A DNA stretch of 64,000 bases from Ascidiella aspersa (taxonomy: Eukaryota): NCBI GenBank assembly GCA_963924565.1, contig OZ004611.1, forward strand, positions 25,296,001-25,360,000. Reading direction: 5' to 3'. Shown piece by piece: positions 31,501 to 43,140 of the stretch (the first letter of the stretch is position 1; the number at the start of each line of letters is the position of its first letter). The position numbers were made by a program, and so were the translations under genes. A model generated the notes under the pieces. It ran no database searches, had not been told where the DNA came from, and worked only from the letters and a program-made list of their open reading frames with translations.

Positions 31501-34500
31501 ACACTTGAAACAACATTGACCAAAAAATGTAAAACCTAACGGTAAATTTAGTCAAGCGTCCCAAAGGGAAAGATAATTCTTAACGACGAAACTCAGACTG
31601 AAGTCATGTGCGTTAAAAAAATAAAAAAATAAAAGCGTTATAAAACTAAAATAAATATTTCAAAACCGACGCTTAAAATGTACAACAAGATCACTATATG
31701 AGCATGGCTTTAAAACATTTTTAATATGAAAAGTAAAACATTCAACAGCTAAAAACGTAAAACAACATTGGCAAAAAACTGCACAACCGAACGGTAGATA
31801 TTGTCCATAAAGGGAAAGATAAGTATTAACTCAAGTACAGTGCGTTAAAAAAATTAAAGCGTCATAAAAAATATATATTTCAACATCGACAGAGCAAACT
31901 GGTGAATGCAACGCTCGGTCCTCTGTGGATCGGCCTGAACGACCTCGTTCAGGAGAGCCGCTTCATGTGGCGAGATGGCACCGAGTATTCGTTCAGCAAC
32001 TGGCAGCGGGGTGAGCCCAGCGGTCCGTACAGGAGCAGATACGTTTCAGGAGGAACCGATGTAAGTGCTGAGAAAATACTAGATGTTTGACTGTTCGCAG
32101 TGAAGTAATTTTTCGGAGGTCCTTGTATGTTTGAGTTCGTGAATTCGGGTCTCATGGACCCTATAGTTGTGTGTGTACTGCGGTATTAGGTTAAGAACGT
32201 GTGTTCGAACCTCATCTGAAGCTAAATTTGTCTAGAAGGAAAAACCATTAGGTGCTTAGTAACAATACATATCCGTTACCGTGAAATTAACAATAGTTTT
32301 GTCTTAGGTTTTGCTATAGCTATTATCGAGTCTCAACGTCACCTTTTTAGGTTTAGGTTAACCAACAGGAATAATAGATGTAAGTGCTCAGAAATACAAT
32401 AATTATAGATTGTAAACTGCTTTCGTTGAGACACCGATTGCTACCGGTGTACTATGACTATAACCGTTGGTTGGAACGACTTATTGAAGTTAATTTTTGA
32501 CTTTATTCGCAAGTATACAGTTTGCGTTTTTTTTTTAATGTTTCTGATCACTTTGCGCCAAATTTCTAACAAATTGGTAACAACTTTAAACAGTGCGGTA
32601 TTAAATATTGTTGTTAATTTGATTCATGGCTTGTGGAAATACCGCTTGCAGGTACAGCCAAAAGTTTCCTGCCCATATAGTTGCTTTGAATAAATAAACA
32701 TTGCGATTGCACCTTTGTAATCGCGGAACAGTTGGAATTTTGACAAAAACCCGGCATAAGGAAACTACTAAAGCTTTACAGGTGTTGGTCGCCAACATTT
32801 AAGGCAAATCTAGGCGGTTCTTGACCTTTTCAAAGAAAGCAAACTTAAACGAACTTGCATACAAATTGACCCATGCCTCAAATTTATTTTTTAAATCAAC
32901 CGGTAAAATAATTTTATAGCGCACTTATGCTGAATACGTGTGTCTCCCCTAAGCCTGCGTGTTTGTTAGAAAATATTTATGTTCCAAAAACCTGAAGCGG
33001 TACGGATCGATACAAACAAAATTAAACGTTTAAATACTGTCAACAGCAATTAGAACCATTAACAATGGACCATTTTTGTGTAAGATTAGCCAAAATTGTT
33101 CGACCAATTAAGGATTACCATACAAGTATAGCAAGTTAAAACAACTTTCCTTTGGTAAGATTTGAACTCACGGTCTCGGCCATGAAAATACTGTCGCTCT
33201 ACCAACTTGAAAATGCAGGGCTAATGAACCAAATTTTATACAATAGAAGCACAATAATACCTTATAATAAATAGTGCAGGCAGCCTTAAATAGGATATAC
33301 TGACAAGGTTGTAAGTTCTAATCTACTTGAAGGTCATTTGTATTATGGTGTGTGTGCCTTTATCGTTGGTCAGTACGAATTCGACTTAGGTAACCAATAA
33401 CTTGAACTGGGCTGTTTGTTAAAAAGGACTTGGCTTGGCCTTCACTTATTTTACAAATACTTGTCTGGACTTATCCACCTCTGGTGGATGTAACATGCAA
33501 CTATCTTACTTGTACAGCAAGACTGCGTCGCCGTTGTAACCGAGAAGTTCAGCGTTGGCAAGTGGGCCGACTACGTTTGCGCCGAGAACAAGTCCTACAT
33601 TTGCGAGATGCATAAGTCGGTGTCGATCGACAATCTCTGCATGGACCACCCGAAGCCAACTTGGCAGACAATGTGCTCGGTGAGTGTTTGCTGTACTTTT
33701 TGTGTTTGACCTATAACAATGTTTCGACTACTGGGTCGGACGAGATGGGGTAAATTCAACGTAGTATGGTCGTGGGCCAGGGGTCGGAAACCTACGGCCC
33801 GCCAATGTATTTTGCCCCGCCACCATTTTGACAAACTATAGACACGCCCATTTCAAATACTTTGACTATTTTAACTACGTAAGTGCGAAAAATTTTCGAA
33901 TGATCTTTATACGTCCGCTTTGCTTACGTTTTGATGTTGTCAGTTGAACTAGATCAGCGCTTCTTTTCAGTTGCGTCGTGGAAGGCTGCTAAGTGGGTCG
34001 CGGACAAATGGAAAAAGTATTTAAAAATATTGGACATATTTTCGGCAATGGTATAAAAACTTTTAGGAAATTTAAAAGAAATGCCTATATACCAAAAAAA
34101 ATCGCGCCCGGACTTTAACAAACACGTTAACAAACACTCAAATAGAACAACTATAAGGTTATCGGGTTTTCTCAATAGAGTTTTATTACACTTTTCACTA
34201 GTAGTATGGATAGCGACGTGTGGACTCGAATTTTAAAGCAAACAAACACTTTTTTTCGCGCTTTGCGCCAACACTTTACTGCTTTCTTAATTGCGCCAAA
34301 CTGTCCCCTTAAATGTAATTAAACACTTTTTCAGTGCAAAAAAATATCCGAGGCCCTCCTAATTCACAGTTGTTCTAACATTTTAATAACACAATTCTTA
34401 AGTTAAGGTTGCCGACCCCTGTCATAGGCGAAATAACGTGATTAAGCTTCACCTTTATAGCGAAGACTATGGGCGTCTAGCTTTGTGACGACATAACGCA

Positions 34501-37500
34501 TAAAAGCGTTGCTTTAACACGTTCCTTCGCCTACGACCATACCACGTTGAATCCACCCCATCTCGTCCGATCTGGGAAGTTAAGCAACGTCGGGCCCGGT
34601 TAGTACTTGGATGGGTGACCGCCTGGGAATACCGGGTGTTGTAGGCTTTTGGTCGATTTTTCGCTTTTGTTTAACAACTTATAACTTTTAAGCGTTAATT
34701 AACATTTTAGCGGAGATTTTCCAATGCTTAAACCTGCACCAGTTCTCGGTATTTAATCCGTTACTGGAGTTGTATTTTACTTTTTCTCACTATTGTAAGA
34801 AATACTGACAATGTCAGTATATGCGAAATATATATTCCTTAAAAAAATGTCTAATTCTGGTTTCCAGTTGGTTTGGTCAACAAACCGTTCGATACCGGTT
34901 AATGATCCAAACAGAACCTCAAAGTTTATAAAACAGCTCTATAACATCTTTATTCAAAAAGAGCAGAATCATACAGTTGCGCAAAATGCATTATCAGGCG
35001 CGCTTAAGAACTATTTGAATGAGCTATAAGCCTTATAGCTTATTCAATCAAATACTATTAGCCTTACAGCTTATTCAAATAGTTTTTAAGTGGACCTGAT
35101 GATGCATTTTGCGTAACTATAGGATTCTGCTCTTTTTAAATAAAGTTGTTTTTTAACATTTTTATACCCTTTGTGGTTCTATTTGGATCTTACGATATGG
35201 ATGAAAGATCAACAACTAGAAGTATTGCAACAGGATTAGAACTCAATATAAACAATAAAAATAGTAAAAATATTATTATTTTGTCAACAAAATGTCGCTT
35301 AACAGTTAGGATTTTGATTGAGCGCAAACTGGGAAGCTTAAGAGTGTCGTGGGGCACTTCTGCTACAGAAAGTGTTGTATGTTATTCAGTGTTTGGTTAA
35401 CAGGGGGCACTTCTGCTACAGAAAGTGTTTTATGTTATTCAGTGTTTGGTTAACAGTCAAAAGCTTACAAAATTTGCGCCCCTCAAGATTCAACGTGGTA
35501 TGGTCGTAGGCGAAATAACGTGATTAAGCTTAAATTTATGGCGAAGACTATGGACGTCTAGCTTTGTGACGACATAACGCATAAATCCGTCGTTTTAACA
35601 CGCTACTTCGCCTACGACCATACCACGTTGAATCCACCCCATCTCGTCCGATCTGGGAAGTTAAGCAACGTCGGGCCCGGTTAGTACTTGGATGGGTGAC
35701 CGCCTGGGAATACCGGGTGTTGTAGGCTTTTGGTCAATTTTACGCATTTGTTTAACAACTTATAATTTAATAAGGTTGTTTTTTAACATTTTTATACCCT
35801 TTGTGGTTCTATTTGGATCTTACGATATGGATAAAAGATCAACAACTAGAAGGGTTAAAACAGGCTTAGAACTCAATATAAACAATAAAAATAGTAAAAA
35901 TATTATTATTTTATCAACAAAATGCCGCTTAATAGTTAGGACTTTGGCTGAGCGCATAAGAGTGTCGTGGGGCACTTCTGCTACAGAAAGTGTTTTATGT
36001 TATCCACTGTTTGGTTAACAGTCAAAAGCTTACAAAATTTGTGCCCCTCAAGATTCAACGTGGTATGGTCGTAGGCGAAATAACGTGATTAAGCTTAACT
36101 TTATGGCGAAGACTATGGACGTCTAGCTTTGTGACGACATAACGCATTTAAGCGTTGCTTTAACACGCTACTTCGCCTACGACCATACCACGTTGAATCC
36201 ACCCCATCTCGTCCGATCTGGGAAGTTAAGCAACGTCGGGCCCGGTTAGTACTTGGATGGGTGACCGCCTGGGAATACCGGGTGTTGTAGGCTTTTGGTC
36301 AATTTCACTTTTGTTTAACAATTTATAACTTTTAAGCGTTAATTAACATCTTAGCGGAGATTCTGAATGCTTAAACCTCACTAATACTCGGTATTTAATC
36401 CGTTAGCGAAATTGTATTGTACTTTTTCTCAGTATTGTAAAAAATACTGACGATGTCAGTATATGCGAAATATATATTACTTAAAAAAATGTCTAATTCT
36501 GGTTTCCAGCTGGTTTGGTCAACAAACCGTTCGATACCGGTTAATGATCCAAACAGAACCTCAAAGTTTATAAAACAGCGTCGGGCCCGGTTAGTACTTG
36601 GTTGGGTGACCGCCTGGGAATACCGGGTGTTGTAGGCTTTTGGCCGATTTCACTTTTGTTTAAGTTTTAAGCGTTAATTAACATCTTAGCGGAGATTTCC
36701 AATGCTTAAACCTACACGAATTCTCTGTATTTAATCCGTTAGTGAAGCTGTATTGTACTTTTTCTCAGTATTGTAAGAAATACTGACGATGCCAGTATAT
36801 TCGAAATGAATATTCCTTTAAAAACTGTGTGATCCAGGTTTTACTCGGGCTTTAAACTTTGTATTTTAGTGCCATGAGAAGTATTTACCTTAAATACTTT
36901 CACTATGTTTTGAAATACGATTTTTCCCATGTGCAGGATATCACCAAAGACATCGACTGCAAAACGCTGAGACGCCGACAGCAGAAGGCTTGTATGAAGT
37001 CGTGTAAGATGTGCGACAAGTACGTCAGACTACCGCCCGTCGTTCCATCTATCAAGTGTCCCGCCGGCTGGCATTACTGGAACAAAGAGTGCTGGACTCT
37101 GTCCAAGAACGCCATGACCTTTGACGCGTGAGTGGATGCTTGGTTTGCATCTACTAAATGCAGTTACAGTTTGGTTGACAAACTGTTAGATACCGGTTAA
37201 TGATGCAAACAGAACCACAAGTGTATAAAGACGATCTAAAACAACTTTATCCAAAAAGAGCATAATACTAGTATAGTGCATCATCATTTCCGCTTAAGAA
37301 CTTAGTTTTTAAGCGGACCGGAGGATGCTTTTTACGTAACTACAGTATTCTGTTCTCTTTTTGAATGAAGTTGTTTTTAATCGTTTTTTTACCCGTGGTG
37401 GTTCTATTTGGGTCTTCCGATATGGATTGTCACATTGATGTTTATTTCTAAATAGGGTAATCAGGTGGCACTATATAACGTCAAATTGTATGGAAATCGA

Positions 37501-40500
37501 TGTCATTTCTACTTTGACCTGATGAAACACAGTTGTGCGAAATTTGTCTTTATATAGTTCCACCTGATTACCTTATTTAGAATTAGACAAATACGGCCAC
37601 TTGCAAAGATTATTATTAATCATTAATAGCCTTTTAACAGTTAGCGATCTTTATAAGTCATTTGCCACAGGGAAAAAAACAAAATATAATAGTTATGTTT
37701 TATGGAAAGTGTGTCGAGCTCTGTTTTGGATTTTTTGATGTACCGCTAGCCAGCCACTGGTCTATTGACATTCACTCTTTTATCTACTAATAGAACTCAA
37801 AGTTAAAACACGAGTAAAAATAGGGATCAGACATTGTTTTAGGAATATGCATTTCGCCTACACTGGTATCGTCAGTTCCTCAATTCGAACGAATATCTAA
37901 AAAACATATTTTTCTTTAGAGCTAAAACGTGGTGCACGTCGCAAAAGGCCGCTCTTGCCACAATACCCGATGACGTGTCGCAAGCATGGGCCTTCAGCAT
38001 GTTGGCCGACCCCACGGAGAACCCGGAGACGGCCTTACCAGGTGGAATCACCGCCTGGATCGGTATGACCGGTGATAAAGCGGCTGCTGGTGGAACACTG
38101 TACACTTGGTTGTCCGGATGGTGAGTTTTTGTTTCTCTTTTTACGGAGTTCCGGAGCTATTAGTGGGAGTTGCATTGGCATATATACGATATCTAGAGGT
38201 GTGATATTTTTTTAGAAACGATTTTTGATTTTTGTTCTTTTTAAATCTAACCACACCGTAAACTGCTCCGGTTTAAATGCAATGGTTTGGGGATTCATAC
38301 GTGGGGCTTAATACAGCAAAATTAAGTTAGCTCAGTACAAAGATTCGTCACACAGGTGGGAATCACTGCCGCGGCTCACAGGGTGGGAATCAATGCTTTT
38401 AAACCGACGTTTAGTTTGGAATTTATTGTTTTTTCTCTGGCAGGCCGACTCACTACTCGAACTGGGGCCGCGGTCAGCCAAACGACAACAACGGAACCAA
38501 CTCCGGTTGCGTAGCGATGGATGGAAGCACTTCGCGGCTGCAGATGCGACTGGGTGGCTTCTGGTACGACCAGGAGTGCAATAGAACACTGCCCGCGCTT
38601 TGCCAGAGGACCAAAAGAAAACCACCTAAGGAGGTGGAAAATTACCCGGGGAGATGCCCCTCTGTAAGTGAATCGCGCTGTACATCTTTAGTGCTTACAC
38701 AGACTTACGTCCGACGTTATAAAGCGTATTAATTACTATAAGTTTGAGCGATCATCAAGGTTGGCCAGTGACCTTAATAAAGTCATTTTGGTAACACGGT
38801 TATTTGAAATGACTGAAAGTCCTAGTTAAATCCTTTGCACAAATACAACAAGTCCTGTGCCAAGTCCAAATCATTTTCAGAGCAAGTTAATTTTAAGTCA
38901 AGTTATTAATATATAAATGAAACGCTCAACTATTAAAGTTTCTTAAATCATCCGATTATGAGCAATAGCTTAACCTAAGATAGCAAAAACGCACCACTTA
39001 GCGAGCAAATTGTTTAGTGCCTAAAACTTAAGATAAATAACTTAATTTTATACAAAAATTGTTGAATAAAAACACATTATTTTAACTCAAGTCATCTCAC
39101 GTATAAACTTCAGTCAAGTCATTTGTCCAAAATAGTTTTGTCCAAATAAAATATTGACTTTATGTCGATAAAGTATTGACCTAAGTTATCACAACACGAG
39201 ATAAAGGGACACGTATAATGAAGTAAATACACTTTGATCAGAAAAATATGCCTCACGGTACCAATTGACAAATTTTTTCCTTAAGGGCTCAAAATATCTC
39301 TCACGTTTGCAGAACAAGTGGCGTCCGTACAAGGGCAACTGCTACTACTTCATACCGACAACGCAGATGGCCTCGTGGTACCAGTCCGACTTCGTATGCC
39401 GCAACATGGACTCGCACCTGGCGAGCATTCATTCCAAGGACGAAGAAGACTTTGTCATGCGAAACTCGGGCGCCACTAAACGGGGATATATCAGGATGAA
39501 TGTGTAAGTTTGCCAACTCTAATAGAGAAAACCGCTGGTGGCATTTTTAGTCTTTCGAAATAGGATTTTGAATCAAGCTTGCTTTTCTGGTAAAGTTCTT
39601 TATGTTTCGATGTTCTACACAGGTCGCCTGAAAACCACTAGTGGCACTTTTAGTCAGTTATAATAGGGTTTTTATTCCCAACTATATTAGAATAGGACAT
39701 CTGAGCGGTGGAATGTCAATGGTGGGAAAGCTGCGACTGGTTGGAATTAATAGAAAAGAACCTCTAAAAATGGTTGTATTAGGGGTGGAAAACGAATTTT
39801 CAACCCATTAGGTTAGAAGAAACAATTCTTACCCGGGTTTTTTCTAGGACTAAATGAATGACTCGTACGTGTAATGCGTGGCAAAAAAGGAAAAAATAAA
39901 AGTACCAAATGCAAGAAATTAGTGGTTGTTGACCACACCTCACATACATTTATAAATAATCAAAATGTTTGGGAAAAATCAAAATGTTTAAGGGTTTGTC
40001 CTTGTGTAACGCAGCTAAAAATTAGATGTTCGATGACAAGTTGTTTTTGCGCACGAAATCGTTAAACGAATCAGGGCACCGGAAAGGTTGTTAAAAAAAA
40101 GCGCCTAATAAAATTGAACGTTTGACACGAACTTTCAGAAATCATTTTCCTGGGTGTTTTTCTTTTTTTCCAGGGCAAAAATTTCACACCAATGATCAAT
40201 GACACTTAGTTGAGGTTACCGCGTTAACGAAAGCAAATATAGCACCACTTTTAAGTCGGTCTAATATAAATGTAAAAAAATGATCTATTAAAAGGTTGAT
40301 AATAAATTGCAAAGCCAAAATAGTCAAGTAGATCGACAGCTTCTTGATTAAGACGCGTCTATACGAGCTTGTATCATCTTCAGTTAATGTGACTGAGAAG
40401 CACTTCAAGCATCACTTATAAGAGATGGGACGCAATTGTTATCAGTCTGAGTTTCGAAAGTTGGGGTTTAGCACTTTTCATTATTTAGCACTTTGAGGTG

Positions 40501-42971
40501 TTGGACAGGACAGCGGGGTATTGATGAGGTGTCAACGTTCAGTTCGGGGCTGCAGTCTATTAAAAATGTGCAAAAAACTTAGCACACTGTAATTAGGTTT
40601 ATATGTTGATAGATTAACTGTAAACCGTGTGTTCGTATTCTTACTAAGAGTTTATAACTGTTTTTGTTTTTTGAACGGTTAACACCAAAAATAACGAATC
40701 TTTCTGGAATTCTCAATTTTTTATGAATAATACACAAATATATTGATTGGTAAGTAACCAACTGAGCCATGGAATCCACACATGGGTATATATTGTAAAA
40801 TCTAGGACTGCTGAAGTAGTGCTGACCAACCAACCATTAAGCCTTACTGATAATGATTTAGACTTTAGAGGGTGCCTTTGGGCATGCTATCACATTTAAC
40901 CTCTCGACCAGCTTCCACTAAGCCTGTGTAGCTCAGTTTGAAGAGCGACGGTTGCGATGTGGCCGTAGTTCAAACCTCGCCACAAGCTATATTTGTTTAG
41001 CCTGGCATACAAGGCAATCCTAATTAGGCCAACTGATTTTCCCATAATAGCCATTCCGAAGGTACCTTACTTTCCTGAGTAACCATTGATAAAGCAGGAC
41101 GCCTTAATTTTCAGCTGGGTCGGTTTGTATCGAAATGTAGACGACGATGAGTTCAAATGGACGGACGGCACGCCGATAGATTACCAGAACTGGGGCGACG
41201 GGCAACCGTCGAAAGGAAACCGCTTCAGAAAGGTAAAGTTTTAAAAACGGCAAGAGTTTCTAGCATACATTTTTTTTATGGAATAGCTATGAGTCAACAC
41301 GTCTGCGCATGTGTTTTAAGTCCTTCAGCGACCAAACGGCATCGTAACTTCTACAGAATTATGGTAAAACTAAAAAAGTCCTAGCGGTCATTAAGTCTCA
41401 GTCTAAGGCATAAGTTGCCCATGTCAAGTCCCAAATAAATTCAAATGTTCAAAAGGCTCCAGTCGAGTCACGTCACTTGAAAACAGGCACTTGAGTTAAG
41501 ACAGTGAATTAAATTATGACAATATTTACCAAAGCCAAACCTTAAAAAACCCTTCGTCTATAATTCTGTGTTTTGTACAAATTATACAATGTTCACTGTG
41601 TAAACGATTTGCAAATCTTCCGAACAAACCTATAAATCCGTAAAGCTCAAAGTTTAAAAACAAAAGTAAAATCAGGATCCGACATTTTTTTTAAAAGGAA
41701 TATATATTTCGACTATGCTGCCATCGTCAGTTCCTTAATTCGAATGAGATTCAACTTTTAGTTTTATTGTTTATATACTCGTCAGCGGAACAGTGATCGA
41801 GAAGCAGAAACCTGCTGCCAATGGTTTTGGATTCCATAAAGATACGCCCTTTAAATCTATATAATCCTAACCCTAATCAAACCTTTCTTCGCTTTCTTAG
41901 GAGTTGTGTACAGAGCTGACGCTTCCGGAGAATAAGTGGAACGACAACACTTGCAACAAGCACGGCATCACGGTTTGCATGACGCCCAAGATAAACTTCG
42001 ACACCACAGTCAATCCAATGAGCACGAAGCTAGGTTTGCAGTAGCGTATATTAGAACATATTCTTACGTTACATAACATATATTAACCTAATTGATATAG
42101 AGGGGTTGTCATTTTAACATGTCATATAGAGTCAGTTTCTACACGTGGCAAAGCGAGTTATGACGCCATTATTTAAAACGGCACTCTGTCTAACATTCCT
42201 ATGCCCGCTAAATTTTGTTAAACCCTTTTGGCCGTTGCTTTTTTGACGAGGCTCGAATTTAGTGATTAAGGTAGAAATTCCACCCGCACTGTTTTTGGCG
42301 ATTGTTCGATAACTCGCAATCCTGAAACTTGTTAAGTAAGTTTAGTTCAAGATAAAAAAGGTTTACTGCAGGGCGATTTTTCTTAAAAAGTCAACTTTTA
42401 TTCAAGCCAAAGCCATGTTAGAGATAAGTCAAAAGCACATACCGTATTAATTATCGATACGCAGCATCCATAGGCACCTGAAAAAATATCAGATTTTTAT
42501 AAATATTTAGAATAATATAGTTACGCCAAACTGATATCATTTCAAAATCCAGCCTTGTTTCGGGAAGAAGAACAAAATCGGGTGTACGTTTTTATCATCA
42601 ATTTCACATGCCCGAAAAGCAATAATCGGGACTAGTCAAAAGTCTTCATATCCTCTTTCACCTCCTCCCTAACCTCCCTCCATTATTCCGCAGCATCAGT
42701 TGGAGGCAGCAGCGCTGTTGGGATCGCGGTCGGACTCACAATCATGATCCTACTCCTGATCGTCCTCGTCTTCGCCGTTTACCAGCAAAAGATCCGCAAC
42801 GCGAAGAGCACCTACTCCCTGCATCTTTCCTCCGTCTCCTTCCGCGACTTCCTCGCATCCGCAACATCCGGACTTAGATCCTCCGGAGCCGCGGATCAAG
42901 GCGACCGAAAGGGACTTGTGTCCTCCTCCGGGGATGACGACCACGGCCCGGAGGACACCATCTCGATCTGA
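16537..42971 (+). CDS. Mannose-receptor-family (MRC1/MRC2/PLA2R1-like) type I lectin receptor, ~1590 aa: SP, Thr/Met-rich segment, FN2, CTLD1, kringle, CTLD2-6, ShKT, CTLD7-8, TM, tail
   Basis: 30 phase-consistent exons, 4773 nt: 16537-16732, 17127-17300, 18179-18343, 18858-18971, 19347-19460, 19756-19923, 20510-20611, 20953-21144, 21512-21625, 22478-22687, 23314-23452, 24358-24563, 25447-25613, 26187-26422, 27179-27340, 27839-27940, 28528-28662, 28790-28875, 29720-29813, 30182-30325, 30854-30944, 31893-32060, 33518-33679, 36937-37127, 37920-38120, 38444-38663, 39313-39503, 41115-41232, 41901-42033, 42694-42971. WIGL-type and CP..W....CY CTLD motifs repeat 8 times. Confidence 0.9.
17127..17300 (+). 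CDS. Fibronectin type II domain exon of the lectin receptor
   Basis: [51 protein letters not shown]. Confidence 0.92.
19756..20611 (+). CDS. Kringle domain (two exons, phase 1-1-1) of the lectin receptor
   Basis: CYIGDGTAYMGSVNVTAKGKMCDDW / CRNPDHSLMPWCYAKNGTWEYCDVPLC. Confidence 0.9.
22205..22252 (+). pseudogene. Duplicated 5' part of lectin exon 10 with intact acceptor (pseudo-exon)
   Basis: tttcag|CGGTCGACGATTGTGTGGCGATGAACATGGCCACCGGTTTGATTTGA versus the true exon at 22478 tttcag|CTGACGATGATTGTGTTGCGATGAACATGGCCACCGGTCTTTGG. Confidence 0.85.
22312..22350 (-). ncRNA. Hammerhead ribozyme-like motif, family H1
   Basis: Minus strand ttaa-CTGATGA-tgaaataagtgcgtatc-GAAAC-GTC. Core intact, stem II partly mutated. 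Confidence 0.55.
23953..24115 (+). mobile_element. tRNA-derived SINE
   Basis: tRNA-like head with B box GTTCGAACC. Related copies lie at 40921-41065(+) and ~33040-33222(-). Confidence 0.7.
24689..24960. mobile_element. Palindromic element with two inverted hammerhead-like motifs (family H2)
   Basis: Arms of ~110 bp are near-complementary. Each carries tttaca-(c)taatga-tGGCA..TGCC-GAAACGTT. Confidence 0.75.
33640..37014 (+). CDS. ShKT domain split by the 5S-containing intron
   Basis: CMDHPKPTWQTMCS|DITKDIDCKTLRRRQQKACMKSCKMC has six Cys with the CxD start and terminal CxxSCxxC. Confidence 0.8.
33778..34421. mobile_element. hAT-type MITE abutting the 5S array
   Basis: TIRs caggggtcggaaacc ... 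ggttgccgacccctg. Confidence 0.75.
34529..34647 (+). rRNA. 5S rRNA: 5S rRNA copy 1
   Basis: GCCTACGACCATACC...AGTTAAGC...AGTACTTGGATGGGTGACCGCCTGGGAATACCGGGTGTTGTAGGCT followed by a TTTT Pol III terminator. Confidence 0.97.
34890..35195. mobile_element. Palindromic element with degenerate hammerhead-like motifs (family H3); second copy ~37190-37400
   Basis: gatccaaacagaacc...gagcagaatc...gcattatcagg is mirrored by cctgatgatgc...gattctgctc...ggttctatttggatc. Confidence 0.7.
35487..35511 (-). pseudogene. Inverted 5S 5' fragment (nt 1-25); also at 36052-36076, with a 9-nt remnant at 34421-34429
   Basis: gattcaacgtggtatggtcgtaggc is the exact reverse complement of 5S nt 1-25. Confidence 0.92.
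35610..35728 (+). rRNA. 5S rRNA: 5S rRNA copy 2
   Basis: Identical to copy 1 on visual comparison, with T4 terminator. Confidence 0.97.
36175..36293 (+). rRNA. 5S rRNA: 5S rRNA copy 3
   Basis: Identical to copy 1 on visual comparison, with T4 terminator. Confidence 0.97.
36579..36638 (+). pseudogene. 5'-truncated 5S rRNA copy
   Basis: Only the 3' half is present, box A is lost, and TTGGATGGG has become TTGGTTGGG. Confidence 0.9.
37442..37585. mobile_element. Palindromic element containing CTGATGA...GAAA (family H4)
   Basis: Arms tctaaatagggtaatcaggtgg / ccacctgattaccttatttaga enclose CTGATGA-aaCACagttGTGc-GAAA. Confidence 0.6.
40921..41065 (+). mobile_element. tRNA-derived SINE
   Basis: A box TAGCTCAGTTTG and B box GTTCAAACC. 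Body shared with the 23953 copy (ggccaactgattt...gaaggtacc). Confidence 0.7.
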
Positions 42972-43140
42972 TATTGGTGAACATCCACCTTTTGTAGGAC
43001 AGTGCGGCTGGGTTTTAGATCTGAATGTGAAGTCTAAAGCAGCGGTTCTTGGCCGTTTTTACCTTTCTGACGAGAGCTTCGTATAATAAAACTAGCGTCG
43101 CCTAGGTTCTGCAACTTTTGCTTTTTAATAATGTCTACGG

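Noticed and set aside
35146-36635. Repeated ORFs (35146, 35692, 36453) in the 5S spacer
   Set aside because: These are chance frames across rRNA and repeat DNA, similar to each other only because of duplication.
34421-36800. CRISPR-like or SINE3 reading of the repeated units
   Set aside because: The repeats are complete 119-nt 5S genes with T4 terminators in a eukaryotic intron. There are no short repeat-spacer units, no cas genes and no SINE tail.
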